The notes beneath the pieces are model-generated. The model worked only from the letters and a program-made list of their open reading frames with translations. It was not told the origin of the DNA and ran no database searches. Both the position numbers and the translations under genes were made by a program. This document shows, piece after piece, positions 1 through 9,705 of a DNA stretch of 64,000 nt; positions within the stretch are counted from its first letter, which is position 1; each line of letters starts with the position of its first letter. This DNA comes from Candidatus Bathyarchaeota archaeon (GTDB lineage Archaea > Thermoproteota > Bathyarchaeia > Bathyarchaeales > Bathycorpusculaceae): positions 896,001-960,000 of the forward strand of contig CAWGYA010000008.1 in NCBI GenBank assembly GCA_963826715.1, read 5' to 3'.

Positions 1-990
1 GTCTTTACCGGAGGTGACGATGGCTATGTCTATTGCCTAGATGCTCGCACTGGTGAGTTTTTATGGAAAACCTTTGTGAACGGGGATGTTGAGTACACCT
101 ATGGTTCGTTGGTATTGAAGTCTTCCCCGGCGGTTGTAGGTGGAATCGTTTATGTTGGTTCATTAGATGGTTACTTTTACGCATTGGATGCCGACACTGG
201 AAACATTGTTTGGAGCTACAACACCAATGGTTACATTCTTTCATCACCTGCAGTTTCTGATGGTGCAGTCTACTTTACATCTGAAATACCTGGCACAGGA
301 ATGCTCTACAAACTAGATGCCACCACAGGCAACTTGCTTTGGAGTTTACCCATCGAATATGAGCATCAGTTTACAGGCGGCACCGAAATGATTGGTTCCC
401 CTTCAATTGCGGCTGGCATGGTTTTTGTTCCCGCGGACTTGCGGACCTATTACGGCGTCAACGTTCAAACAGGCGAGGTGGTGTGGACTTTCCGTGAACC
501 TGATGCAGCTGAATTCATTGTTTCCTGCCCCTTATACGTTGACGGTGATCTATATATAATCAACAAATACAGCATAACCACCCTGAACGCCGCCACTGGG
601 CAGATTAACTGGAGCTTCTTTACTGGTGACGAACTCTACACCTCGCTATCTTACGCGGCAGGCAAAATCTATTTGATGACTAGCCAACGCCATATCTTCA
701 TACTCGATGCAGTTGACAAAGGCACAAAACTAGCTAACTACACTACCCCCTCGGGAAGCTGGTCTTCCCCCTCGCTATACGACGGCAAACTTTACATTGG
801 TAACCATGATTGGAACGTCTATTGTTTCTCCGAAAATGTTACTTCCTTACCCGTATCGGAGGGCGGAAAGTTGGAAATCGATTTTTATTCAGGTATCATA
901 ATCGTAGTTGTTGTGGCCATTGCAGTGTTGCTGACGGTTTATATCAATCAAATTAGCAAAGAAAAGGAAAAGTCCAAAGCTTTTAGCTAA
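1..990 (+). CDS. PQQ-repeat beta-propeller protein with C-terminal membrane anchor (5' partial)
   Basis: Frame open from base 1 (VFTGGDDGYVYCLDARTGEFLW); repeated SSPAV..G.VY.GS.DG..YALDA.TG..W blades; C-terminal hydrophobic helix plus basic tail. Confidence 0.9.
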   Translation, partial: VFTGGDDGYVYCLDARTGEFLWKTFVNGDVEYTYGSLVLKSSPAVVGGIVYVGSLDGYFYALDADTGNIVWSYNTNGYILSSPAVSDGAVYFTSEIPGTGMLYKLDATTGNLLWSLPIEYEHQFTGGTEMIGSPSIAAGMVFVPADLRTYYGVNVQTGEVVWTFREPDAAEFIVSCPLYVDGDLYIINKYSITTLNAATGQINWSFFTGDELYTSLSYAAGKIYLMTSQRHIFILDAVDKGTKLANYTTPSGSWSSPSLYDGKLYIGNHDWNVYCFSENVTSLPVSEGGKLEIDFYSGIIIVVVVAIAVLLTVYINQISKEKEKSKAFS

Positions 991-1703
991 ACAGCTTTTT
1001 TAAGAAGTACAATTATTGTTGGAGTCTGTGCTGAACCCGTTGCAGCTAATTGCTCTACTTTCTCAGTCGTGAATCGGGGTGTCAGCAACTTCTGTATTTT
1101 TTCAACTGTGTAGAAGTTCATATGAGAATCGTAGTTTAGGCCTGCCATACCCTCTGGTGTTTCGATGATTAGATAACCTTGAGGCTTTAAAGTTCGATAG
1201 GCTTCGTCAATAAAGATTTCTGGTGCCCAGAGATGCTCCAAAACCTCCGAGGCGATAACCAAATCGAATGTTGTATCTGCGAATGCAAGGGTTTCTGCGT
1301 CGCCTGCCATAACTGAGGATACTTTGCATTGGTGTGCGGCAGTAGCGACTGTGGGTAAATCTACTGCAGCGACAAAATGTCCTTTTTTTATGAGGGGTTC
1401 ACTAATTACGCCATCTCCGCAGCCTACATCAAGGATTCTTAGATTACACCCGATGCTGTTGACCATATCCTCGAAGATTTTGAGGCGGTCAAGGTTTAAG
1501 GTGTTAACACTCATGGCTTCGGGATGCGTTTCCATCATCATGATGTGCATGTTCGCATCGTATTTTTGCCATTCGACCCATTTTTGTTTACTTTGTTTAC
1601 GTCGTCCAAAATAAATTTCTCTTGTAATTACCCATTTGAGCTGGTGGGGATGTGTAAGCAGGTATTTGACGCCTGCCATTTGCCTACTTAGTGCCCTACT
1701 CAT
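987..1703 (-). CDS. Class I SAM-dependent methyltransferase
   Basis: ILDVGCGDG motif I, FDLVIASEVLEH, LKPQG; 4 bp downstream of radical SAM gene. Confidence 0.9.
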   Translation of the reverse strand: MSRALSRQMAGVKYLLTHPHQLKWVITREIYFGRRKQSKQKWVEWQKYDANMHIMMMETHPEAMSVNTLNLDRLKIFEDMVNSIGCNLRILDVGCGDGVISEPLIKKGHFVAAVDLPTVATAAHQCKVSSVMAGDAETLAFADTTFDLVIASEVLEHLWAPEIFIDEAYRTLKPQGYLIIETPEGMAGLNYDSHMNFYTVEKIQKLLTPRFTTEKVEQLAATGSAQTPTIIVLLKKAV

Positions 1704-1707
1704 TTCT

Positions 1708-3204
1708 TTATCCCTGTTGCTGTTTGCTTGGGGTGCTGTGTCCGCCAGGGCTTATTTTAGGGTGATATAAATGGCGGATTGCCCATCGGGCGGCGCGGTT
1801 ATTGGCGACGAGGTGGTTGAGAGCGCTGCGTGCCATGATTTGGCTGTAAAAGTCGCCTTTTATTTTTTTGCGTATGTAAAATGAGTAGGAGAGGTAGCGA
1901 TCATAGAATTCTTTTTTGGTCTGGTTGAGTTTTTCCAGCGGCAAAAGGTTGTTTTGGAAGACTTGAGTTTGTTCATGGTAAAGACTCCAGTCTTTGGCTA
2001 GTTCTAAGCCCAGGCTTTTGGTGAAGTCATAGAGCTCTGTGCCTGGATAAGGCACGGCTTCGCACATGTATACATAGTCAGGTTTGGTTTTGTAGATGAA
2101 ATCGATGGTTTGCTGTAGTTGTTCGGGGGTTTCGGTGGGGTAGCCTATGACCAGCGAAATCGCAACAGATATGCCTGCCTCTTTTGCCCACTTGATTGCT
2201 TGGGCGTTTTGCTCTACTGTTGTGCCTTTGCGCATTAAATTCAGAATCTCTTGGTTACCTGACTCTACGCCGAAATGTACCAATTGGCAACCTGCGCTAT
2301 GTAGTTTGGAAAGTAGGTTAGGTGATACTTTATCGACTCTGGTGCGGCAGTCCCACGGTAAATTAAACTTGCGTTTCTTAATTTCATCGCAGATTGCAAT
2401 GGCACGGTTCACATCAAAGGTGAAGGTGTCATCGTAGAAGGCAAATGCGCCGCCGCCAAAATCATCTCGTAACCACTCAAGTTCATCTACGACTTTTATT
2501 GGGCTGCGTCCTCGAAAACCGCGTCCACACATTTTGTAGCCTGCACAAAAGGTGCACTGAAAGGGGCAGCCACGGCTGGTTATTATAGGCAAATATGTTT
2601 TGTTTAGAATTCGGTATTTGCTTACATCAAAGTGTTTATGAGCGGGGTGCGGTAGCAGGTCTATATTTTGTATAAAAGGACGGTCGTTGTTTCGAAGAAC
2701 TTTGTCGTTTTGTTTGTAGGTTATGCCTAAAACTTGGCTAAAGTCATAATTATTGCCGCTTGAAATGAGAGCGGCGAGTTCCAACATGGTCTGTTCGCCT
2801 TCGCTTCGAACCACAATGTCCACATTGTTGCTCTCTTGAAAAGTCTGCTGGTCCATAACAGTAACATGGGGTCCTCCGATCATTGTGACGGCTTTAGGTA
2901 ATGCGGTTTTGGCGGCTTTCAGGATGTTCAGAGCTGGATTGTACGTAAGCGTGGCAGATGTAACGCCGACGATGTCACAATTTAAGCTGCGGAATTTCTC
3001 TTCCAGCTCATGCTGAGTGGGGTGGGTTGTTTGGCAGTCCACGACATCGACGTTGTAGCCTTTCTCTTCAAGCACCGCTGTTAAGTAACTGATCCCTAAT
3101 GGTAGAAAGATGGCTTGCGGCGCCTCCACTGGGTATGGTGGATTTACAAGTGCAACATGCGCCTTCAAAGTTGTTTCCCCGAAATTGGTGATACTCAGAA
3201 ACAC
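1708..3204 (-). CDS. B12-binding (class B) radical SAM protein; true start probably TTG a few codons in
   Basis: LVNPP..PLGISYL, GGPHVT B12 domain; TSRGCPFQCTFC; GVESG. Confidence 0.93.
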   Translation of the reverse strand: MFLSITNFGETTLKAHVALVNPPYPVEAPQAIFLPLGISYLTAVLEEKGYNVDVVDCQTTHPTQHELEEKFRSLNCDIVGVTSATLTYNPALNILKAAKTALPKAVTMIGGPHVTVMDQQTFQESNNVDIVVRSEGEQTMLELAALISSGNNYDFSQVLGITYKQNDKVLRNNDRPFIQNIDLLPHPAHKHFDVSKYRILNKTYLPIITSRGCPFQCTFCAGYKMCGRGFRGRSPIKVVDELEWLRDDFGGGAFAFYDDTFTFDVNRAIAICDEIKKRKFNLPWDCRTRVDKVSPNLLSKLHSAGCQLVHFGVESGNQEILNLMRKGTTVEQNAQAIKWAKEAGISVAISLVIGYPTETPEQLQQTIDFIYKTKPDYVYMCEAVPYPGTELYDFTKSLGLELAKDWSLYHEQTQVFQNNLLPLEKLNQTKKEFYDRYLSYSFYIRKKIKGDFYSQIMARSALNHLVANNRAARWAIRHLYHPKISPGGHSTPSKQQQG

Positions 3205-3306
3205 GGTTGCGCAGTCTATTATGTTTTATGCAAATTGGGCTGTGCTGTCTTAGGTGGGGAAACGGAAGGTTTTTTATGACAAGTCTATAACTAGCGCCAA
3301 TGAAGC

Positions 3307-4875
3307 TTGGAGAATAATGCTTTGTCAGCGGATATTGCCATAATTAATGCAAACATCAAAACCCAAAATCCAACTCAGCCTACCGCCCAAGCTCTAACAA
3401 TTCAAGGAAATCGCATCGTCAGAGTTGGTTCCAACCAACAAATCCGGTCTCAGATCGTCCAAACCACTAAAGTGCTCGACCTCAAAGGGAAAACTGTTGT
3501 GCCCGGTTTTATTGATACGCACATTCATGTAGCTGATTTTGGGCGCTGCCTTATGTGGCTGGACTTAACCCCTGCAAAATCTATCGTTGAACTGCAGAAT
3601 CTTGTTAAAGAGAAAGCAAAAAGCATCCCTGCAGGCAGATGGATTATTGGGCAGGGCTGGAATGAAACGCGATTTCAAGAAAACCGCATGCCCACAGTCA
3701 ACGATTTAGATGAAGTGGCTCCCAGCAACCCTGTTATCCTTTACCGCGAAGCAGCGATGATATGTGTTGTTAATAGCCTGGCAATCAAAAGTGCAGGCAT
3801 AACAGAGCAAACTCCTATCCCTAAATGCGGTGCGATTGATAAAACCGGTAAAGGCATACTATCTGGTATTTTCAGGGATACTGCCACCCAACTTGTATGG
3901 AAAGTTGTTCCAGAACCAACTGAAGATGAGTTATTAGCGGTCACTGCGGCTGCTTGTCAAAAAATCTTTCAAGCAGGCATAACCAGCATTGATTGGCTTG
4001 TTATTTCTGAAGGTGAACTTCCGATAATTCAGCGGTTACATGAGCGTGGGTTGCTATTATTCAGGGTTAACGTGGTTGTTCCAGAGGTGCTTCTAGAAAA
4101 AACTGTTGACATTAAGTCAAATAATCCTGAAGTGCTACGCGTGGGGGGCGCTTTTATTGTCGTAGATGGTTATTTGGATTCTAAAGAAGCAGCCCTGCAG
4201 AAGCCTTATAGTGACGACCCTTTGAACAAAGGGAAAATATTGCTTACCGAAGAAGAGCTTGAAGCTAAGATAAAGCGGGTGATGGATTTTGGAGTTCAAC
4301 CTGTTATCCATGCAATGGGCGATGAAGCTATCGACACAACCTTAAAAGTTATCGAGAAAATGTGTCTCAAAAAAAGCAGTATCCCCTTCAGAATTGAGCA
4401 AGCCGCTGTCTTAAATGAATCCCTAATTAAACGCCTAAAAGCACAATATATCGTGGTTTCCATTCAACCAAAAGTCATAACGACAGAATTCGCCGTTTGG
4501 TCGGCGGATCAGCACCTCGGCAGCCGAGCACGTTTGTTGCATCCGCTTAAAACGCTTCTTAATGAGGGTGTTAGAGTTGCGGCTGGTTCAGACTGCCCCA
4601 TGGAGCCATTGAGCGTATTGCTAGGTATTCAAGAATTGGTTACGCGGGAAAATTACCCAGAGCAGAGACTTAGCGTTGATGAAGCCATACGATTATACAC
4701 ACTTAACGCAGCTTACTGCTCAGGAGATGAAGCCTTCAAAGGTTCGGTTGAAAAGGGAAAAATAGCTGACTTAACAATCTTGTCTGAAAATCTTAACTTG
4801 GTTGCGCCTGATAAAATCGGGACGGTAACTGTTGATTTTGTTATTTTGAATGGGCAAATCATGGTTGTAACCTAG
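3307..4875 (+). CDS. Amidohydrolase family 3 (YtcJ-like) protein
   Basis: PGFIDTHIH, HAMGD, AGSDCP, GSVEKGKIADL motifs. Confidence 0.9.
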   Translation: MENNALSADIAIINANIKTQNPTQPTAQALTIQGNRIVRVGSNQQIRSQIVQTTKVLDLKGKTVVPGFIDTHIHVADFGRCLMWLDLTPAKSIVELQNLVKEKAKSIPAGRWIIGQGWNETRFQENRMPTVNDLDEVAPSNPVILYREAAMICVVNSLAIKSAGITEQTPIPKCGAIDKTGKGILSGIFRDTATQLVWKVVPEPTEDELLAVTAAACQKIFQAGITSIDWLVISEGELPIIQRLHERGLLLFRVNVVVPEVLLEKTVDIKSNNPEVLRVGGAFIVVDGYLDSKEAALQKPYSDDPLNKGKILLTEEELEAKIKRVMDFGVQPVIHAMGDEAIDTTLKVIEKMCLKKSSIPFRIEQAAVLNESLIKRLKAQYIVVSIQPKVITTEFAVWSADQHLGSRARLLHPLKTLLNEGVRVAAGSDCPMEPLSVLLGIQELVTRENYPEQRLSVDEAIRLYTLNAAYCSGDEAFKGSVEKGKIADLTILSENLNLVAPDKIGTVTVDFVILNGQIMVVT

Positions 4876-5006
4876 CAAAATACAGTAGAACTGAACTTTA
4901 GAGATTAGTTTTATTGATGAGGTTTGTAGTCATCAATATAATTGGTCTTTTTAGATAGCTTGTATGATTATCAAAGGGGTCCGCAGCAACAACTTTGCTC
5001 AAAATT

Positions 5007-6467
5007 TTATTTTTTGAGTAACATTTTAATCGTCTTTATTGGGTGCCGTATAGCTCGTAAGCCCTTTTCACGTGTAAATGTTGGGTTAACCATGTTAGCT
5101 CGCATGCACAGCTCCTGTAAATCAGCTGCCGAAAATTCAGGTGTCTCTACCAATGGCTCTGTCGCTGCTAATGCAAAGTCACAGAAGCCTTCCCGCAGAA
5201 AACCTCGGTCCCGCGCTTGCTCAAAGAATGCTGTCCCATAAAGCGGCATAGCTATGCTGAAAATGAATGTATCAGCGCCCATTGCCCTTAGTTTGTATGC
5301 GAATTTTATTGTGTCTTCGATGTCTTGTTTAGTTTCTCCGATTAAACCCATGACAAAAAAGCATCCGACTTTGAGTCCGACTTTTTTGGCGGCAATGACT
5401 GCAGTTTCGACTTTTTGGAGGTCTAGATTCTTTTTAATAATATCGTTTACGACTCGCTGTACACCTGACTCAGGTGCAACGCGGATTTTTCGGCATCCCG
5501 CCGCTTTCATCTTCTGCAATAAAGCCTCATCGAGTGTATCCGCTCTGATGCCGTTGGGGGTAAACCATTCAAAATGTATCTTTCTTTGCACAATTAGATC
5601 GCAAATCTCAACAATTCGTTGCCTATCTACGGTTAGGTTGTCATCGGAGAAATCTACTTGCTTAACCCCAAATACTTTAACGACTTGTTCTAATTCGTCA
5701 ACAACGCTTTTTGGGGTTCGAGGCCGCCACTTTTTACCCCAAACGATGCAGTTAGAGCAGAAGACGCAGTTGTAAGGGCAGCCGCGGCTGGTAATTACTA
5801 TTGTGTAGGGTTTATTGATTTCCCCCCGCAGTGGATTTTTATGAACTGCTTCGCCGTAAACCTTCATGGGTAATAGATGCCTTGCGGGGAATGGTAGTGT
5901 ATCCAAATCCTCAATTGGTGTCCGTTTGCCAGTGAAAACCGCTTTTCCACTATCCTTATAGCCTAAACCGTTGATGACCAGAAAATCGGTTTTCTGTGCC
6001 AACGCCATTACAAGTTCTGACACAGTGTTTTCGGGTTCGCCCACAACCACAAAATCCACGTAGTTATTTTGCAGACACTCCCTTGGCTGTGAAGATGGAT
6101 GTAAGCCAAACAATACAACTACAATTTCTTGGTTGATACTCTTGATTGTGGCTGCAACTTCAAACGCGGTTTTTGACCAGCCTGAAAAGGGAATCTCTAA
6201 AATTGCAACCTGGGGTTTCCATGTTGCGATACGCGCCGCAATAGTTTCTGCACTCAAGCCCACTCGGTATTTGGTTTCGTCAAGCTCCTGTAGATTTTCC
6301 CAACCCTCAGTCGGCGCATCAATTATGGATACCGAGTGATTTTTTTCAAGAACTGCCGCTACAGAAGCGAGCGCAATGGGTGGAAAAACGTTTGGTTTCC
6401 CCCAAGCCTTAGGTTGAATACGAGGTGGATTAATGAGGCAAACACGCATCTGCGGCACTCTTAGCAC
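5007..6467 (-). CDS. B12-binding radical SAM protein
   Basis: LINPP N-terminus; TSRGCPYNCVFC; APESG. Confidence 0.93.
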   Translation of the reverse strand: MLRVPQMRVCLINPPRIQPKAWGKPNVFPPIALASVAAVLEKNHSVSIIDAPTEGWENLQELDETKYRVGLSAETIAARIATWKPQVAILEIPFSGWSKTAFEVAATIKSINQEIVVVLFGLHPSSQPRECLQNNYVDFVVVGEPENTVSELVMALAQKTDFLVINGLGYKDSGKAVFTGKRTPIEDLDTLPFPARHLLPMKVYGEAVHKNPLRGEINKPYTIVITSRGCPYNCVFCSNCIVWGKKWRPRTPKSVVDELEQVVKVFGVKQVDFSDDNLTVDRQRIVEICDLIVQRKIHFEWFTPNGIRADTLDEALLQKMKAAGCRKIRVAPESGVQRVVNDIIKKNLDLQKVETAVIAAKKVGLKVGCFFVMGLIGETKQDIEDTIKFAYKLRAMGADTFIFSIAMPLYGTAFFEQARDRGFLREGFCDFALAATEPLVETPEFSAADLQELCMRANMVNPTFTREKGLRAIRHPIKTIKMLLKK

Positions 6468-6500
6468 ATCTTACTTTGTCTGTGCGATTAAAACTTTGCA

Positions 6501-7532
6501 CTAAATCGGGATCCAAAACAGCCGGACAATCACCAGCACAGCCACACACAATAACCCCCACAGAATAATGGTGACGTCGCGAATGCGTAGTGCCCCTAAG
6601 ATCTTTTCGCCAGTTACTGGTTCTTGGGCATCGCCCAAAATGTATTGTCCCGATTTTTCGAGCTGAATTCGCAGGGCACCTGCAACCGCCGCCATTGGCC
6701 ACCCATGGTTTCGACTGGGTGTTTTTTTGTGATCACGACGAGCCATTTGCCACGCGTTTTTTACATCCATCCGTAGAATCGCCGCTGCCGCAATCATCAA
6801 AATCGCGGTAAGACGTGTGGGAATATAATTTACAAAATTGTCAAGGTTAGCGCTGAACCACCCTAAATTAATATATTCCTTATTCTTGAAGCCTACCATT
6901 CCATCCAGTGTGTTTATTGCTCTAAAAGCGATGGCGCCTGTGACGCCGAAGAGGGCAAACGACATCATCGGCGATAGCTTAAAGTCGATTAGGTTCTCCG
7001 ACATGGATTCAATGACGGCGCTGCCGATTTGGCTTCCGTTAAGTCCCCTTGAGTCGCGCCGAGAGAAATGGCTGTATTTTTTTGCTTCTTCTATATCACT
7101 TGCTTGTATGGCTTTGGCCGCTGCTTTTGCCCAATCTGTTTCTAACCTGATGCAAAGCGTCATCTTTAGCAGCACCACACCAAGCAACGCGTAAACGATT
7201 ATGTTCAGATAAAGGGGTAAAAATGTGTAGATTGCCCAAAGTGTAAAGAAAACTGGCAAAGAAAATGCAGCGATAACCGTTAACCCAAGTAATGCGCCCA
7301 GAAATTTCTCAGAGGCTGCATCAGTGTTTCTGAAGTGGGGCTCGATTTTTCGGGTAAAATTCCCCATCAAAACAGTGGGGTGCAGCTTAAACGCCAATCG
7401 TTCGGGGTAATTGGGTGAGGGGTCGCCTATGACTGCTGCTAACAGCACAGCTATAACCAGCATAACGATGGCGGTAACTATGTTGGTTGGGTTTTGAGTC
7501 AATCCTAAGTAGAGGTCGAGCATCGATTGCAT
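6501..7532 (-). CDS. cbiB: Adenosylcobinamide-phosphate synthase CbiB
   Basis: GDP..HP, IESMSEN, RAINTLDGMVG, LDNFVNYIPTRL, TPSRNHGWPMAAVAGAL; hydrophobic. Confidence 0.92.
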   Translation of the reverse strand: MQSMLDLYLGLTQNPTNIVTAIVMLVIAVLLAAVIGDPSPNYPERLAFKLHPTVLMGNFTRKIEPHFRNTDAASEKFLGALLGLTVIAAFSLPVFFTLWAIYTFLPLYLNIIVYALLGVVLLKMTLCIRLETDWAKAAAKAIQASDIEEAKKYSHFSRRDSRGLNGSQIGSAVIESMSENLIDFKLSPMMSFALFGVTGAIAFRAINTLDGMVGFKNKEYINLGWFSANLDNFVNYIPTRLTAILMIAAAAILRMDVKNAWQMARRDHKKTPSRNHGWPMAAVAGALRIQLEKSGQYILGDAQEPVTGEKILGALRIRDVTIILWGLLCVAVLVIVRLFWIPI

Positions 7533-7892
7533 ACTTGAGTGCTCAGTTTATATCAATTACGGTTTAAAATTGCAAGAGGTTTAGTTGCTGACCAACATTT
7601 GTTCCGTGTTCGATGACCTCTTTATACTTTTCATCGTTATAGTTGCTCTTTTTTTTACACGATCTAACCAACAAAGTAAACTCAATCAAAAGTGACGGCG
7701 ATTCTATTTTTTTAAATAGTTCATTTTTTTAGCGAATCTGTTTCTTAGCAAACTACAAAACTCAGTGATGAAGCGGAATAATCTTTTTCTCTTTAATAGA
7801 AGAAATGACTTGGTGGGGGGTTGCTTCTTCTTCTTTTTTCACATTAATGGGGGGTTATGAGGTTAAAAAAGGATTATTTTAATGGGTTTTTT

Positions 7893-9302
7893 CTAATTTC
7901 TTCTTAGTTTTAATTTTATGTTTGCGATAAAATGCATACCCACAGTTATGGCGGTTGTTAATTTAAAGCGTCTTTTTTTATCCAAAAAGTATGCCCTGCG
8001 AAGGTAATAATGGTGAAAGGCGCCTTCTCTAAGCTTCCCTAGTTCTTTCATGCTCAGTTGGGGTGTTTCAAAGATAGGTCTGGTGGTATCGTATAGGTCG
8101 AAATCGGTTACTCTAAGCCAACCCTTCTCTTTTACTAAATCATACATTGGTGTGCCTGGAAAAGGTGTTGCCACATTGTAAAAACCTACTGTGTCGGGAG
8201 CTACTTTTTCAATAAATTTGATGGTGTCCCACGCGCTTTGTTTGGTTTCCCCTGGAAACCCCAAGATTACGTTGGGTACTGGCTGTAGTCCTACCTCTCG
8301 AACCCAACCTAGTACCTTCATTGTTAACTCAGGTGTGATGCCTTTTTTCATCGCGTCTAAAACTTGTTGGGTTCCTGATTCAACACCGAACCAAACGGAG
8401 ATGCAGCCTGCATCTTTCATCTTCATAAGCAGCTCTTTGGTTAGCATATCTACGCGGGTGCCGCAATTCCACTGAATCTTTAAGCCTCGTTGGTGGATTT
8501 CATTGCAGATGTCTTCTACTTTTTGTTGGTCCACTGTAAATGCATCGTCGCAGAAGGTGAATTTGCTTTTGTTATAGGTTTTATGCAGGTATTCTATCTC
8601 GTCAACTACATTTTTTGCGCCTCGCATACGGTATTTACGACCATGCATACGGACCGTACAGCAAAACTCACACCAATACACGCAACCCCTACTCATCGCC
8701 AAATAAAGAACATCTTCATATTCATTGAATTTCTCCATTGGCCAAAGATGTCTGGCGGGAAATGGTAAACTATCTAAATCTTCAATGTAGGAGCGATCGG
8801 GGTTTCTTAGAATTTTTCCGTCTTTTCTAATTGTTGTACCTAAGACGTTTTGGTAACTTTTGCCTTCTTCTATTCGTTGCGCTAACTCTAGTAATGTGTT
8901 TTCTCCCTCGCGTCTTACAACAATGTCGAGTTCTGGGCATTCCTCGAGTGCATGATCATCCCAAAATGTGACATGAGCTCCTCCTGCGATTGTAATGCAT
9001 TTTGGGTAGACTTCTTTTGCGATTTTTATTAATCTTAAACTGGACTTATATGTTAAAGTCGATGATGTAACTCCGACGATATCGGGTTTGTGCTTGCTAA
9101 TTTCACTCCTAAACTCTTCATCTGAAAGCTTTAGAATTTGGCAGTCAATAACATCAACTTTGAAATTGTTTTTCTCTAAAACTGCACCCAAATATCCTAA
9201 ACCCAAAAGAGCAAAAGGCATATGCATTGCAGCTCCAACAGGCGCTGCTGCATTCACTAGAGTTACGTGAGGTTTCATTCTCTTTTCACTGTTACTTCTC
9301 AA
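7893..9302 (-). CDS. B12-binding radical SAM protein
   Basis: LGLGYLGAVL, GGAHVT; MSRGCVYWCEFC; GVESG; TPFPGT. Confidence 0.93.
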   Translation of the reverse strand: MRSNSEKRMKPHVTLVNAAAPVGAAMHMPFALLGLGYLGAVLEKNNFKVDVIDCQILKLSDEEFRSEISKHKPDIVGVTSSTLTYKSSLRLIKIAKEVYPKCITIAGGAHVTFWDDHALEECPELDIVVRREGENTLLELAQRIEEGKSYQNVLGTTIRKDGKILRNPDRSYIEDLDSLPFPARHLWPMEKFNEYEDVLYLAMSRGCVYWCEFCCTVRMHGRKYRMRGAKNVVDEIEYLHKTYNKSKFTFCDDAFTVDQQKVEDICNEIHQRGLKIQWNCGTRVDMLTKELLMKMKDAGCISVWFGVESGTQQVLDAMKKGITPELTMKVLGWVREVGLQPVPNVILGFPGETKQSAWDTIKFIEKVAPDTVGFYNVATPFPGTPMYDLVKEKGWLRVTDFDLYDTTRPIFETPQLSMKELGKLREGAFHHYYLRRAYFLDKKRRFKLTTAITVGMHFIANIKLKLRRN

Positions 9303-9705
9303 ATTGGCAGGGCTTTGTGCTTAAACATTTCGCCTAGAATCTGAAAAATAGGAAACTACATCCGATTAAAAGAGTATCCCTAAATAATTCTTTAAAGCGC
9401 TATAATTCATTTTCAGTGGATGATGTTTGTGTTTATTTTACATAATTACATGTCTCTTTGAAACGAATATTGCGCCTCTTTCGCATCACTGATGATTGTA
9501 TATTTATCTCGGTGTTATTGAGAGAAAAAAGTTGTAGGTGAATTTTTTGTATTATTAATATTTTTAAATTATTTTTATTGTAAAACATTAATTTTTTTGG
9601 TAATTTTAGGTTACTATGTTGGAAAAAACGTATCTAAAAAGCATAAATCCTAAATAGCTCGGTGCATGGTATTAAGCTTACAAGTTTAAGGAGAAAAATA
9701 AAAAA

